DNA of 64,000 nucleotides, from assembly GCA_963799485.1 (NCBI GenBank), contig CAWCXJ010000001.1:160001-224000 (forward strand). The letters run 5' to 3'. This document shows positions 31,044 to 41,293 of this stretch, piece after piece. The DNA is from an uncultured Trueperaceae bacterium. Lineage in GTDB: Bacteria > Deinococcota > Deinococci > Deinococcales > Trueperaceae. Below the pieces are notes generated by a model. The model worked only from the letters and a program-made list of their open reading frames with translations, had not been told where the DNA came from and did not search any database. Positions within the stretch are counted from its first letter, which is position 1, and each line of letters opens with the position of its first letter. A program made the translations under genes and the position numbers.

Positions 31044-32288
31044 TTAGAGTTTATGACCTTTGGGAACCGTAACGATGCCGCGTTCACTGACTGTCAGGCC
31101 CCTGGCCCGGTCATCGTCCGGATTGACCCCGATGTGCGTCCCGTCTTTCAAGACGACGTTCTTGTCCAGAATAGCGTTTTTGATGACGCAGTGACGTCCG
31201 ATTTCGCAGTTGTCCATCAACACGGAGTTTTCGACGAGACTATACGAATGAACCCGGACACGCCGCGACACCACTGAACGCCGGAGCGTCGATCCGGAGA
31301 CAATGACGCCCCCTGCTACCAGCGAGTTAAACGCCTGCCCACGCCGACCGTCTTCTTCGTGGACAAACTTGGCAGGAGGCGAAAACTCGGCGGAGGTTCG
31401 CAGCGGCCATTCGTAGTTGTAGAGGTCGAACTCGGGGGTAACGTCGACGAGGTCCATGTTGGCCTCCCAGTACGAGTCGATAGTGCCGACGTCGCGCCAG
31501 TAGGTGTTCGCGCGGTCTTCGCCGGGAATCGGGTTGGTGGCAAAATCATAGGCGATCACCTTATAGCCCTCTGCCATCGCCAGCGGCAAGACGTTGTGAC
31601 CGAAGTCGTGGGACGAGTCTTCGTTGGCCGCGTCCGCGAGAAGAAGCTTTTTAAGCGCGTCGGCGGAAAAGATATAGTTGCCCATCGAGGCGAGCGCGTG
31701 CGTGTCGCGTCCCGGCATAGGATTGGGTTGCGATGGTTTTTCCTGCCACTCGGTGATGTTGAAATCTTTATCGACCTGCAAGACGCCGAACCGGGTCGCC
31801 TCTTCGACCAAGGTAGGGTAGGCGGCGACGGTTACGTCTGCGCCGCTTTCATGGTGCTGCGCGATCATGTGGCGAATATCCATCTTGTAGATATGGTCGC
31901 CTGAAAAAATAGCCACCAGATCGGAGCGGTTATTGTCGATCAGGTGGATGTTCTGATAAATGGCGTCGGCGGTGCCGCGGTACCACTGTTCGCCTAATTC
32001 GTCGTAGCGGTACATCTGCGCGGGCGCCAGGGTAATAAAATAGTCATTCAGAAACGAGCCGAAACGCCAGTTGCGCTGAATGTGTTCGGTCAAAGACTGC
32101 GCCTTGTACTGCGTCAGGACGTACATTCCAAAGATTTCAGAGTTCATCATGTTGTTTAGGGCAAAGTCGATGATGCGGTACTTGCTGCCGAACGGCACGG
32201 CGGGTTTCGAGCGTTTGGAAGTTAAAGGCTCGAGCCTCGTTCCCTTACCGCCTGCCAAGACCATGCCTAAAACTCGAGTCCGTTTCAT
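31044..32288 (-). CDS. glgC: Glucose-1-phosphate adenylyltransferase
   Basis: [39 protein letters not shown]. Confidence 0.97.
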   Translation of the reverse strand: MKRTRVLGMVLAGGKGTRLEPLTSKRSKPAVPFGSKYRIIDFALNNMMNSEIFGMYVLTQYKAQSLTEHIQRNWRFGSFLNDYFITLAPAQMYRYDELGEQWYRGTADAIYQNIHLIDNNRSDLVAIFSGDHIYKMDIRHMIAQHHESGADVTVAAYPTLVEEATRFGVLQVDKDFNITEWQEKPSQPNPMPGRDTHALASMGNYIFSADALKKLLLADAANEDSSHDFGHNVLPLAMAEGYKVIAYDFATNPIPGEDRANTYWRDVGTIDSYWEANMDLVDVTPEFDLYNYEWPLRTSAEFSPPAKFVHEEDGRRGQAFNSLVAGGVIVSGSTLRRSVVSRRVRVHSYSLVENSVLMDNCEIGRHCVIKNAILDKNVVLKDGTHIGVNPDDDRARGLTVSERGIVTVPKGHKL

Positions 32289-32674
32289 CACTGTTTCGTG
32301 GTTCACGTGTCCGTCCCTTCGGCGCTCCCGGTACTGAGGCACCCGTGTTATCTCGTTTGTGAGCACTATAGCCTAACATGGTCTGCCGGGCGCACAGCTG
32401 CGGCGCTATCAAGTTGTGTGAACGGTCGGGCTTGTGTGTGGCTTGGAGATGTAGAAGGCAGAATTGAGGGTATAGAAAACCCAAAGCTCCCCTTTTTCCC
32501 TGCTTCTTCGCTGCGTATTCTTGCTCTTAATGACCGCAACCTCAAGCCTTGCATGTATACCCAAGCGCGCTTTAGTAGACGCTGGCAGGCACGAGAAAGC
32601 CTTTCATAGTCGGACATCGGGTGAAAAGCTGAACATCGACAGTGATTCAAGGGTGTTCTTAGCAGCCTGTAGTA

Positions 32675-33569
32675 ACCACTGGTGCTAGTTCATAGAGAGA
32701 ACTCAGCGATGCTCAGCTGAAACGGGTCAGCTTCGGGATGCAACTTGTGAAAAAGCCCAAGCAGAACGTTGAACATAGCAGTAGTGAAGGCTAAACGAGC
32801 TTGGATATGCTCAGCAGCACGGTGCTCGAGTTTTTTGAAGTTGCAGACGTTGGTGAGCATAGAAAAGGCTGTTTCGATACACATACGTTCATTCCAAGCA
32901 CCTTTGGGGCAAAACTTCAGGTGCTCGGGTGCGCCTGCTTGGTCACGAAAGCCGTAATCGGCAAGGACGATAGTTTGACCTATAAGAGGTTCGACTAGAG
33001 GATTGAAGGTTTTGTCGGGAACGTTCATGGTGTCGAAGTTCCAGGCGACGACTTTGCCCGCTTCATTGATGAGCACAGGTGAGCATCCCAGATGCTGGCA
33101 CGATGTGCCTAACCTGGCAGAGCTTCATACCGATACTCCAACGCCCTTTATCTCTGTCTTTCTTACCAATTTGTTGCTTGCTGCGCCCTTCGCGAATCGG
33201 GAAGATAAGTTCGATCGGGTAACTGTCGATAACACTAAAGAAGCTCGGTTCCGACAAAAGATGCGCCGCCCATGCTTGACGTGTTTTAAGCAACCTTTGC
33301 AGGCGACTGCGCTCGGGTAAGCCTGGGAATAAACCTCGGTAGTCTCGTTTCAACCAGCGGTAAAACGCCCCAAAGCTCACGCCCTTGAGTGCCGTCAGAA
33401 TGCCTATTGTCACCACTTCGCTTGTGAATGTAGCTTTAGCTCAGGCAGTTTGTCATCTACGACCATGAAAATCAGCGTGATAATATCTTCCGTGGTCATA
33501 AGGTTTTCTGTGTTGTCCACAATCTCACAGTTTAAGACCTTATGACCTTTTTTAACTAGCACCAGTGGT
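32675..33569 (-). mobile_element. IS982-family insertion sequence (decayed)
   Basis: 16-bp perfect terminal IR ACCACTGGTGCTAGTT; TAGTA direct repeat on both flanks. Confidence 0.88.
32690..33499 (-). pseudogene. IS982 DDE transposase, disrupted
   Basis: MTTEDII...VDD, FPGLPERSRL, IDSYPI, LADYGF, RMCIETAFS; frameshifts at ~33420 and ~33076-33116. Confidence 0.88.
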
Positions 33570-33663
33570 TAGTAACCTTACTTAATCAAAACCGTCCACA
33601 CCTTTGAAAAGTCGATCCCACCGCCGTGTTGGCCTGCGAAAGCATAGCGCTTCATATTCAGGT

Positions 33664-34281
33664 TCACCAGCGCGGCCGCGCCAAGACGTATCTAAGGTCC
33701 TCGGTCAGCTTGGGTATATTGCCCTGGGTGTAAACAATCCTCATTTTCCCCTTGCGGTCGAGCAGCGTGACGTGGCTATTGTGAGACACAGTGCCGTCAT
33801 TTTGCAGGACTGAAGTCGCGTAAAAAGCCGCGCTAGCCTTGGCGGTGGTTGTCGCATTGCCACTTAGACCAACAAAGCTCGGGTGGAAGTTTTCGACGTA
33901 CTGCTGAAGGCGCTCCGGCGTGTCGCGCGACGGGTCGACCGTGACCATCACGATTTGTAGATCACTGGGTTCATTGAGGTCACGGTAGACCTTAGCCAAT
34001 TCCGACATAGTCAAGGGGCAAACATCGGGGCAGTTGGCGTAGCCGAAAAAGACCAATAGAACTTTGCTGCGCCAGGCGTCAGGGAAACGCACCGCCTCAC
34101 CACCGGCTCGAAAAAGCTCGAAGGAATCGACCACCCGGGGTTGCTCAACCACGGTTCCTGCGAATTCATGTTGCGAACTAGGCGCGACCGCACGGTAGAT
34201 ACCGTAGCCTCCGGCAACCAAGACAACCAGCCCAAGTGCCAAACGTAATCTCTGCCGTATAGACGTTGCGCGCCCCATCAA
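33664..34281 (-). CDS. SCO1/SenC copper chaperone
   Basis: FFGYANCPDVCP, TVDPSRDT, conserved His in SHN. Confidence 0.92.
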   Translation of the reverse strand: MMGRATSIRQRLRLALGLVVLVAGGYGIYRAVAPSSQHEFAGTVVEQPRVVDSFELFRAGGEAVRFPDAWRSKVLLVFFGYANCPDVCPLTMSELAKVYRDLNEPSDLQIVMVTVDPSRDTPERLQQYVENFHPSFVGLSGNATTTAKASAAFYATSVLQNDGTVSHNSHVTLLDRKGKMRIVYTQGNIPKLTEDLRYVLARPRW

Positions 34282-34332
34282 CCTACGTCAGCTCCCTCCA
34301 TGAAGCACACTGAAACATGACACGGCTCGGTA

Positions 34333-35226
34333 CTATTTGAGCCACGTCGCACCACCGTCATCGCTGCGGTAGACTTGGCCCTGCTGCGAAACAGCCATGA
34401 GCTGATTTTCACCTTCCGGCTGCGCTGCCACGAGCGCCATCGGCGCGCTCGGGCCTAGTGCAGTCCAACTTTGCCCCCCGTCCGCCGAGCGGGAGACGCC
34501 CTGTTGCCCGGCAACGTAGACGTTTCCACTCGCAGGATGGGCGTAGATACCCGACATGCTCATACCGGACACCTGCGTCACACCTTGCCAGCTCGCGCCC
34601 CCGTCGCCTGAACGGAGCAGCCCTTGATCCATCGTCGCTGCGTAGAGCGTGGCAGGGTCGCCGGGGCCAGCCGCCAGCGCCATCGCCCCACCGGTCGCGG
34701 GTGACACAAACTCCCAGCTGCCGTCGGCCTCGGTCGAGCGGTAAAGCCCTTGCCCGGCTATGTTGGCGTAGAGCCAGCCGTTCTCGGGCGCGACCGCAAA
34801 GCCGTGTATGTCCGTCCCCGGCAAGTTGCCGAAGCCGGGGGCGCTCCAGGTGCCGCCGCCGTCGGTGCTTTTAAGAAACAGGTCGTGTCCTGCTTGATAG
34901 ATGACCTCGGGCTGTGCCGGGGAGGAAGAGATAGCCATCGCGTCACCGGTATTACTCGGAGACGTCCAGCTCGTACCGGCGTCGCTGCTGATTTGCAGGC
35001 CGCCGTGCTGTCCGTAAAAGATGCGGCCCTCCGGCGCGAAGGCGAGCGCGTGCATGTCTCCACCGAGCTGACTGAGACCTGCATTTTGCACTGTTGCCCC
35101 GTTGCGTGTGGTCAACCACCAGACGCCGAGACCTACCAGCACAGCTACAACCAGCCAAGCCGTGAGCGAACGCGCTTTGCCGTTCTTCGACTTGTCTGTA
35201 CGAGGTTTACGTTGGGTGGTACTCAC
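34333..35226 (-). CDS. BNR/Asp-box beta-propeller membrane-anchored protein
   Basis: Repeated SxDGGxTW; DMH and DIH motifs. Confidence 0.85.
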   Translation of the reverse strand: MSTTQRKPRTDKSKNGKARSLTAWLVVAVLVGLGVWWLTTRNGATVQNAGLSQLGGDMHALAFAPEGRIFYGQHGGLQISSDAGTSWTSPSNTGDAMAISSSPAQPEVIYQAGHDLFLKSTDGGGTWSAPGFGNLPGTDIHGFAVAPENGWLYANIAGQGLYRSTEADGSWEFVSPATGGAMALAAGPGDPATLYAATMDQGLLRSGDGGASWQGVTQVSGMSMSGIYAHPASGNVYVAGQQGVSRSADGGQSWTALGPSAPMALVAAQPEGENQLMAVSQQGQVYRSDDGGATWLK

Positions 35227-35304
35227 AGTCGGCCCCCAAAGAATATATTTGTCTCGAGAAAAACTAGCTGACCCATGTTGCACTCACGTTTTCGGGCTCG
35301 AGCC

Positions 35305-35553
35305 TCACGACAGCGCATGTTTAAGCCGTTCGAACTCGCCCTGGTCGATTTCACCTTTGGCGTAGCGCTCGCGGGCAAGGCTCAGCGCCTTGTCTTCGCT
35401 AGGGGTTGCGCTGTCGGCGGTTTTGAAAACCTGACCGAGGTTCAAAGCTCGAGCCAGATAGACGATCCCCAACCCGATCAGCACAACCAGCAGTAACCAG
35501 AAAATTCCCATCATCGTCATCATGCTGCCACCATAATTTCCCATACCATCCAC
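35305..35553 (-). CDS. SHOCT-domain membrane protein
   Basis: Met-rich N-terminus, TM, ERYAKGEIDQGEF. Confidence 0.85.
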   Translation of the reverse strand: MDGMGNYGGSMMTMMGIFWLLLVVLIGLGIVYLARALNLGQVFKTADSATPSEDKALSLARERYAKGEIDQGEFERLKHALS

Positions 35554-35596
35554 GCCGTTCAGCGTAAAAAAGCTATTCCCCGTTTCTCGTTTGCCT

Positions 35597-35947
35597 TTAA
35601 CCCGGCTGCGCCGCCGCAACAGCGGGTCGACGTTCCGGGCTCGCCTCATCTTCGGCTTCCAACGTGGCGATTTGGCCGGCGAGTGCTTGCTGCTGCGCCG
35701 CGAGTTCGGCAAGCCGCGCAGCACGGCTCCGAGGTTGCTGACCGACTTCCACCGCACTTGGCGGCGAGGTTTGACCCTTACCGTTCATCGCGCCCATCAT
35801 CAAGACCATCGACAGCGGGCAGATCGCCAATACGAGAAAAGGCAGGGCAGCGGCGGCGAGGCCGGGCGCAAAGACAAACAACCCGGCACTAGCGGCGGCG
35901 ACCCCCGCCAGCACTTTCCAGTTGAGACACATCTTAAGAGCGTTCAT
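35597..35947 (-). CDS. DUF2933-like membrane protein
   Basis: LAICPLSMVLMMG motif, AAGAGGA-like RBS region. Confidence 0.75.
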   Translation of the reverse strand: MNALKMCLNWKVLAGVAAASAGLFVFAPGLAAAALPFLVLAICPLSMVLMMGAMNGKGQTSPPSAVEVGQQPRSRAARLAELAAQQQALAGQIATLEAEDEASPERRPAVAAAQPG

Positions 35948-36042
35948 TTCTTCCTTTTTCCCTTTCCGGGCGGTCGCAGGCGCGACCGCCCGTTGCAACT
36001 GCCGAGAGTTTAAGCGTGGTTTGTAAAGCTCAGGTAAAGCGT

Positions 36043-36540
36043 CTACTCAGCTGTTCGAGGCTGCACGTTACCGGTCGCTGCGTCAACTAAAAGTTTGCCC
36101 GCGGTGCCGCCCTGAACGTACCCGACCGTGTAACCTTTCGCTGTCGGAAGAACATTTTGAAGGGTAAGTGCAGCCGCTGAGTCGCGGCCCGTAAGAAAGG
36201 CTCGAGCCAGGGCTCTAGCGGTAGCCTTATCCATCTGTGCAGCAGTGGCAGCCGCACCCATCATCGGCTTCATACCTTGCCCGTCCATCATGCCCATCTG
36301 CTTGCCTTGCATCGTCTGCATCATGTTCGAACACGCCTGCATCATTTGCATCATAGCCATCATGCCCTGCTGATCGCCCATCACGCCCTGGTTCATGTTG
36401 TTCTGCCCCGTGCTGTTCTGCCCCATGCTTCCCTGGCCCATCGTCATACCGTCTTTGTTTTGCGGTGTCGCCTCTTGAGCTGCGCCCAACGCGAACAAAC
36501 TGACAACCAAGACCACTGCACCTTTAGCTAATATCTTCAT
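36043..36540 (-). CDS. Met-rich exported protein, probable copper binder
   Basis: Signal peptide, MMAMMQMMQACSNMM, PepSY-like C-terminus LVDAATG. Confidence 0.75.
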   Translation of the reverse strand: MKILAKGAVVLVVSLFALGAAQEATPQNKDGMTMGQGSMGQNSTGQNNMNQGVMGDQQGMMAMMQMMQACSNMMQTMQGKQMGMMDGQGMKPMMGAAATAAQMDKATARALARAFLTGRDSAAALTLQNVLPTAKGYTVGYVQGGTAGKLLVDAATGNVQPRTAE

Positions 36541-36748
36541 CCCAACTTCCTTCCTGTTGCTTTAAGTAGGTTTCAGGTGGTGCGACGACCTCTTCTGGTT
36601 CATCTTTCCACCCGTCATTAAAATCCGTTTCGTCGGACGATCCCGGCACGGGAAAAAGCATGGCCAGCAGCCACAAGGCGAACCCCAGCAGGCATAGCCA
36701 GCTCAGGCCACCCCAGAGCAGGCGGCTTTCCAGCAGACTCGTGACGAC
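36524..36748 (-). CDS. Small membrane protein (start codon unclear)
   Basis: AAGGAGGT RBS at 36755-62, TM ending LAMLFP, acidic tail; no canonical start after the RBS. Confidence 0.45.
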   Translation of the reverse strand, partial: VVTSLLESRLLWGGLSWLCLLGFALWLLAMLFPVPGSSDETDFNDGWKDEPEEVVAPPETYLKQQEGSWDEDIS

Positions 36749-36804
36749 GGCGCGACCTCCTTTCACTCGGAAGGTTAGGTCGCAACTGTAAAGCTCCGAT
36801 AAAG

Positions 36805-37944
36805 TCAAGAACGGGGTGCGGGCATAGCTGCCGCGCGCGGCAGCGTAAACCAAAAGACGCTGCCTTCGCCTAACTCACTTTTGACGCCGACTTGCCCACC
36901 CTGACACTCGACATAGTGTTTGACGATGGTGAGTCCGATACCGCTGCCCTGTTCGGGTGCGTGCCGCCGAGCCTTATCGGTCCGGTAAAAACGGGTAAAG
37001 AGGTGCGGCAGGTCGGTAGCAGCCACACCCTCACCCGTGTCCCGCACCTCGAACAGGATTTCGCCTCCATGTGCGCGTGTCGTAATGCTCACCGTACCGC
37101 CACGGGGGGTATGTTTAAGTGCGTTGTCCAGCAAGTTGGCAAGCGCCTGCAAGGTGCGCTCGGCGTCGGCCTGAACATACAAGTTTGCGGTGGGGGAAAC
37201 CTCGAGCGCCACACCGTTGCCCCCGTAATCCGGTCGAAACGAACTCGCCGCTGCCTCGAGTAAGTCGGCGACCGCCAGCGGCGCGAGTTGCAGTGTTTCC
37301 TGGCCTGTTTCGACCCGCGAGAGTAAGGCAAGGTCGGCGACGAGCCGCTCGAGCCGCGCAACCTGGCACGCACACGCCTCAAACGTCTCGTCTCTGGCCT
37401 CGAACGTTCCGTCACGCAGTCCGGTAACGTAGCCGCGCAGGCTGCTCAGCGGCGTTTTGAACTCATGCGCGACGTTTGCCAGCAGGTCGACGCGGCGGGT
37501 TTCGGTCTGCTCGAGGGCGTGGGCCATATCGTTGAAGCAAGCGGCCAGCTCGCCAATCTCGCCGGGTGCTTGCGGATCGAGTCGCTCTTGGTAACGGCCC
37601 GCGGCAATGCGGCGGCTGACGCGCTGCATCTTGCGAACGGGGGCGACAATGCGGCGACTTACAAACAGGCTCACAGCGCTCGCGATGAGCGCGGCCGCGC
37701 TCATCCCCCACACCATGCCCTGGCGACTGGCTTGCTGGTAGGCAGCGCCCAGATCGCTCACCATCAGGTCCATCATCGGACCCGCACCCCGCATCCGCTG
37801 CATCGTGCCGCCCATGTGCTGGTCGAAAAAAAACGTAGCGAAAGTGTCCCCTGCCAAGTAAAACGTAAAACAGCCGACCAGAATGATGAGCAGGTAAGAC
37901 GCCAAAAGTCGCCAGTACAGGCTCAGGTCGCGGGCCAGCTTCAT
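36805..37944 (-). CDS. HAMP-domain sensor histidine kinase (BaeS/CusS-like)
   Basis: Met-rich periplasmic loop, HEFKTPL, NLLDNA, DTGEG, GSGIGL. Confidence 0.95.
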   Translation of the reverse strand: MKLARDLSLYWRLLASYLLIILVGCFTFYLAGDTFATFFFDQHMGGTMQRMRGAGPMMDLMVSDLGAAYQQASRQGMVWGMSAAALIASAVSLFVSRRIVAPVRKMQRVSRRIAAGRYQERLDPQAPGEIGELAACFNDMAHALEQTETRRVDLLANVAHEFKTPLSSLRGYVTGLRDGTFEARDETFEACACQVARLERLVADLALLSRVETGQETLQLAPLAVADLLEAAASSFRPDYGGNGVALEVSPTANLYVQADAERTLQALANLLDNALKHTPRGGTVSITTRAHGGEILFEVRDTGEGVAATDLPHLFTRFYRTDKARRHAPEQGSGIGLTIVKHYVECQGGQVGVKSELGEGSVFWFTLPRAAAMPAPRS

Positions 37945-38630
37945 AAGACCACCTCGGTGAATTTGTAGCCGACGCGCCGCAGGGTGAGCAGGTAACGGGG
38001 ATTTCCAGGGTCCAGCTCGAGCTTTTGCCTCAAGTTGGAGACGTGGACGTCCACTACGCGGTCGACCCCAACGAAGTCGTGCCCCCAAACACGGTTTAAG
38101 AGGTCGTCGCGGCGAAACACCCGGCCCGGATTGGTAGCGAAGACCAGCAGCAACTCGAACTCGACCGCTGTGAGCTCGAGCGTTTCCCCCGCGCGCGTTA
38201 CCCTGCGTTTGCTAGGGTCGATGCTGAGATCGCCTACCTCTATGACTTCGGTCGTTCTTTTGGGTTGCGTCCGGCGCAACACAGCTTTAACGCGCGCGAC
38301 GAGTTCCGGGGGATGAAAGGGCTTGGGCACATAGTCGTCCGCTCCGTGCTCGAAGCCCTCTAGCCGGTCTTCGGCCTCGCCGCGAGCGGTAAGCATGATT
38401 ACGGGTGTGCTCAGCGTAGGGCGCAGGCGCTTTAGCAGCTCGAAGCCGTCTAACCCCGGCAGCATCAGGTCGAGCACGATAAGTGCCGGGGGTGCGGTCA
38501 GCGCCCGCTCGAGTCCGCTCGAACCGTCGTGAACTACTTCAACTTCGAACCCACCACGCCGCAGGTAAGTCTCTACGATACGCGCGATGTCGGGGTCGTC
38601 CTCGACGAGGAGAATACGGGTGTGTGACAT
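37941..38630 (-). CDS. OmpR-family response regulator
   Basis: LVEDD, LDLMLP, MLTARG, KPF, VDVHVSNLRQK. Confidence 0.96.
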   Translation of the reverse strand: MSHTRILLVEDDPDIARIVETYLRRGGFEVEVVHDGSSGLERALTAPPALIVLDLMLPGLDGFELLKRLRPTLSTPVIMLTARGEAEDRLEGFEHGADDYVPKPFHPPELVARVKAVLRRTQPKRTTEVIEVGDLSIDPSKRRVTRAGETLELTAVEFELLLVFATNPGRVFRRDDLLNRVWGHDFVGVDRVVDVHVSNLRQKLELDPGNPRYLLTLRRVGYKFTEVVL

Positions 38631-38747
38631 ACGTCTAGCTTAGGACGTCCAGCGGCTCAACCAGGGGGCGCTCAGATAAGCGATACCGTGAGGTCGAGGA
38701 CGTGTGCTAGAGACGGCGATGACCCTAGGGTACAGACCAGACTCCCA

Positions 38748-39599
38748 CTAGATAAACCAGTAGACGACGGTATCGTAAAGTCCGGTGAGGACCAAGACGA
38801 TTCCGGCGAAGAGGGAGAGAGCACGGTTGGTGCGGCGCATCCCACCTATTACCTCACGCTTTGACCCCACTGTCCCCATCAGCCCCAGCATGAGCAGTAG
38901 GGGAACAGCGGTACCGAGAGCAAACAGTGCCGGGAATACGACGCCGGTACCCGAGGCAATCGCGGTAGGCAGCATCAAACCAAAGAAGAGCAAGAAAAGC
39001 GTCGGACAAAAGGCCAAACCAAAAGCGGAGCCTAGTGCGAAGGCCCCAGCACCCCCGCCCCGTGTTTCCGCCCAACTTCTCAGGTGCTGCGCGGCTCCTA
39101 TAGGTAAGGGCAGCTGTAGACGCAGCCAGCCGAACATGTAAAAGCCGATCAGGATCATCAGGGGTCCGATAACGCGGCGCACACCGATAAATAACGCGCC
39201 AGGTGCGCCGAATTCACCACCGAAAACCCAGATGGCGATACCTGCGAGCGTCAGGTAAACCAGCGTTTTTCCGGTCAAAAAGAGCCCTACTCGTCCCCAG
39301 CCACGACCGTGTACCGCATCTGAAGAAAAGTAGGCTATCGCAGCAGCGTTGGTCGAAAGCTGGCAGGGAGCGGTAGCTGCCATAAGTCCGAGCAAGAAAG
39401 CTCCCAGGGCCGGAATACCGAGTCCGAGACGGACGGTGTTGAGGGGGCCGGCCACCACCGCGTAGATGCTGCTGGCAAAGGTGTAAAGCTCGAGGGCGAG
39501 CGTCTTCACTTCTGGAACGTACATTTTAAGCGCTACCAACAGCAGTGCTGTACCAAGAAGAATTAAGGGGAGACGCAAATGACCGGTTACTCTCTGCAT
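38748..39599 (-). CDS. CcdA/DsbD-like (TauE/SafE-like) membrane protein
   Basis: TAPCQLSTN and LAFCPT paired Cys motifs, multiple TMs, GGAGG RBS. Confidence 0.8.
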   Translation of the reverse strand: MQRVTGHLRLPLILLGTALLLVALKMYVPEVKTLALELYTFASSIYAVVAGPLNTVRLGLGIPALGAFLLGLMAATAPCQLSTNAAAIAYFSSDAVHGRGWGRVGLFLTGKTLVYLTLAGIAIWVFGGEFGAPGALFIGVRRVIGPLMILIGFYMFGWLRLQLPLPIGAAQHLRSWAETRGGGAGAFALGSAFGLAFCPTLFLLFFGLMLPTAIASGTGVVFPALFALGTAVPLLLMLGLMGTVGSKREVIGGMRRTNRALSLFAGIVLVLTGLYDTVVYWFI

Positions 39600-39896
39600 G
39601 TAAACCTCCAACCTTAGTTGTAGAAAAGTAATGTTAAGCTCGTATAAACTTCAGTGGTCGCTGCATACCGATTCGGCTGTCTTTGCGGGTCTGCCCGCTA
39701 GGATGCTGCTTTAAGGCGTTGTTGCAAGCCTTTCAGCTATTTCTTCAGATGTTTATTGCTCTCCCCCGTAGCCTCCTAAAAGCCGCGCTATCTAGTTGTA
39801 GACGAAAGCTCCAGTCAGGCTGCGTTTCATAAAGTCTTGCACGTCGGTATATAGGTCTCAGCAGTACAGGTAGACTTGAGGATATGGAGGTTCTTG

Positions 39897-41282
39897 GTGA
39901 CTAAACATGACCTTATCGTAATCGGCGCGGGGCCTGGTGGCTACGTCGCCGCAATCCGCGCCGCGCAGCTTGGCTTCGACACAGCCTGCGTCGAGCAAGA
40001 ACCGGCACTCGGCGGCACGTGTTTGCGGGTCGGGTGTATTCCGAGCAAAGCGCTGTTGGAATCGTCAGAAAAGTATCTCGAGACGCAAGGCGCACTCAAA
40101 GAACACGGCATCGAGGTATCGGGAGCGTCTTTGAATTTGGCGAATATGCATAAGCGCAAAGACAAAGTGGTCAAGATGTTGACCGGCGGCGTTGCCGGAC
40201 TGTTCAAAAAGAACGGTGTGACGCGCTACGAAGGCACGGCGAGCTTTACTGCGCCGGGCAAACTTACGGTTTCCGGCAAAGACGGGGAGACGGAATTAGA
40301 GGCCGAGCGCATCATCATCGCGACGGGCTCTTCGAGCGTCACGTTGCCCGGTATTGAAATCGACGGTGAGCAGGTCGGCACCTCGACCGACGCGCTTGCT
40401 TACGACAAGGTACCCGAACATCTCGTCGTTATCGGCGCGGGGTATATCGGCCTCGAGCTGGGATCGGTCTGGAAACGTCTGGGTGCAAAAGTTACCGTGG
40501 TCGAATATCTAGACCGCATCTTGCCGGGGATGGACACTGAAATCGCCGCCGACGCCCTGAAGATATTTAAGAAGCAGGGGCTCGAGTTCAAACTCGGCGC
40601 AAAGGTCACCTCGGCAAAAGCGCAGGGTGATAAGGCCGTCGTCGAAATCGAAGGGCAAGCTGCTTTAGAGGCCGACCGGGTTTTGGTCGCCGTCGGGCGC
40701 AAACCGAATACGGACGGATTGAACGTGGGGGCAATTGGTTTGGAACTCGACAAACGCGGCTTTGTGCCGGTAGATGAGCACTTCAAAACCAAAATCTCAG
40801 GTGTTTACGCTATCGGCGACGTCATCGGCGGCACGATGCTGGCGCACAAGGCCGAAGAAGAGGGCATCGCCTGCGTCGAAGGGCTTGCGACCGGCGTGGG
40901 GCACGTCAACTACGGCGCGATTCCGGGCGTCGCCTACACCGAGCCGGAAATCGCCTCGGTCGGCAAGACCGAAGAGCAGCTCCAAGACGAGGGCGTTGAC
41001 TACAAAAAAGGGACGTTCCCGTTTGTTGCCAACGGACGGGCGCGGGCACTCGGCCACACCGACGGCAAGGTCAAGGTGTTGGCCGACGCGAAAACCGACC
41101 GCTTGCTGGGCGTGCATATCTTGGGCTCACGCGCGGGCGACCTGATTGCCGAGGCGGTTGCTGCTTTGGAGTTCGGCGCGTCGGCAGAAGACGTAGCCCG
41201 GACCTCTCACGCGCACCCGACTCTGGCAGAGGCGTTTAAGGAGGCGGCGCTGGCAGTCGAGGGGCGGGCGATTCACGTCTAG
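39897..41282 (+). CDS. lpdA: Dihydrolipoamide dehydrogenase
   Basis: GAGPGGY, GGTCLRVGCIPSK, HAHPTLAE; GGAGG RBS before GTG. Confidence 0.97.
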   Translation: MTKHDLIVIGAGPGGYVAAIRAAQLGFDTACVEQEPALGGTCLRVGCIPSKALLESSEKYLETQGALKEHGIEVSGASLNLANMHKRKDKVVKMLTGGVAGLFKKNGVTRYEGTASFTAPGKLTVSGKDGETELEAERIIIATGSSSVTLPGIEIDGEQVGTSTDALAYDKVPEHLVVIGAGYIGLELGSVWKRLGAKVTVVEYLDRILPGMDTEIAADALKIFKKQGLEFKLGAKVTSAKAQGDKAVVEIEGQAALEADRVLVAVGRKPNTDGLNVGAIGLELDKRGFVPVDEHFKTKISGVYAIGDVIGGTMLAHKAEEEGIACVEGLATGVGHVNYGAIPGVAYTEPEIASVGKTEEQLQDEGVDYKKGTFPFVANGRARALGHTDGKVKVLADAKTDRLLGVHILGSRAGDLIAEAVAALEFGASAEDVARTSHAHPTLAEAFKEAALAVEGRAIHV

Positions 41283-41293
41283 CGGTTTGCCGG

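Noticed and set aside
32366..32650. ORFs between glgC and the IS
   Set aside because: No motifs or RBS; probably non-coding or decayed sequence
35553..35757. N-terminal extension of the SHOCT ORF
   Set aside because: Overlaps the DUF2933 gene; the real start is near 35553 or 35544
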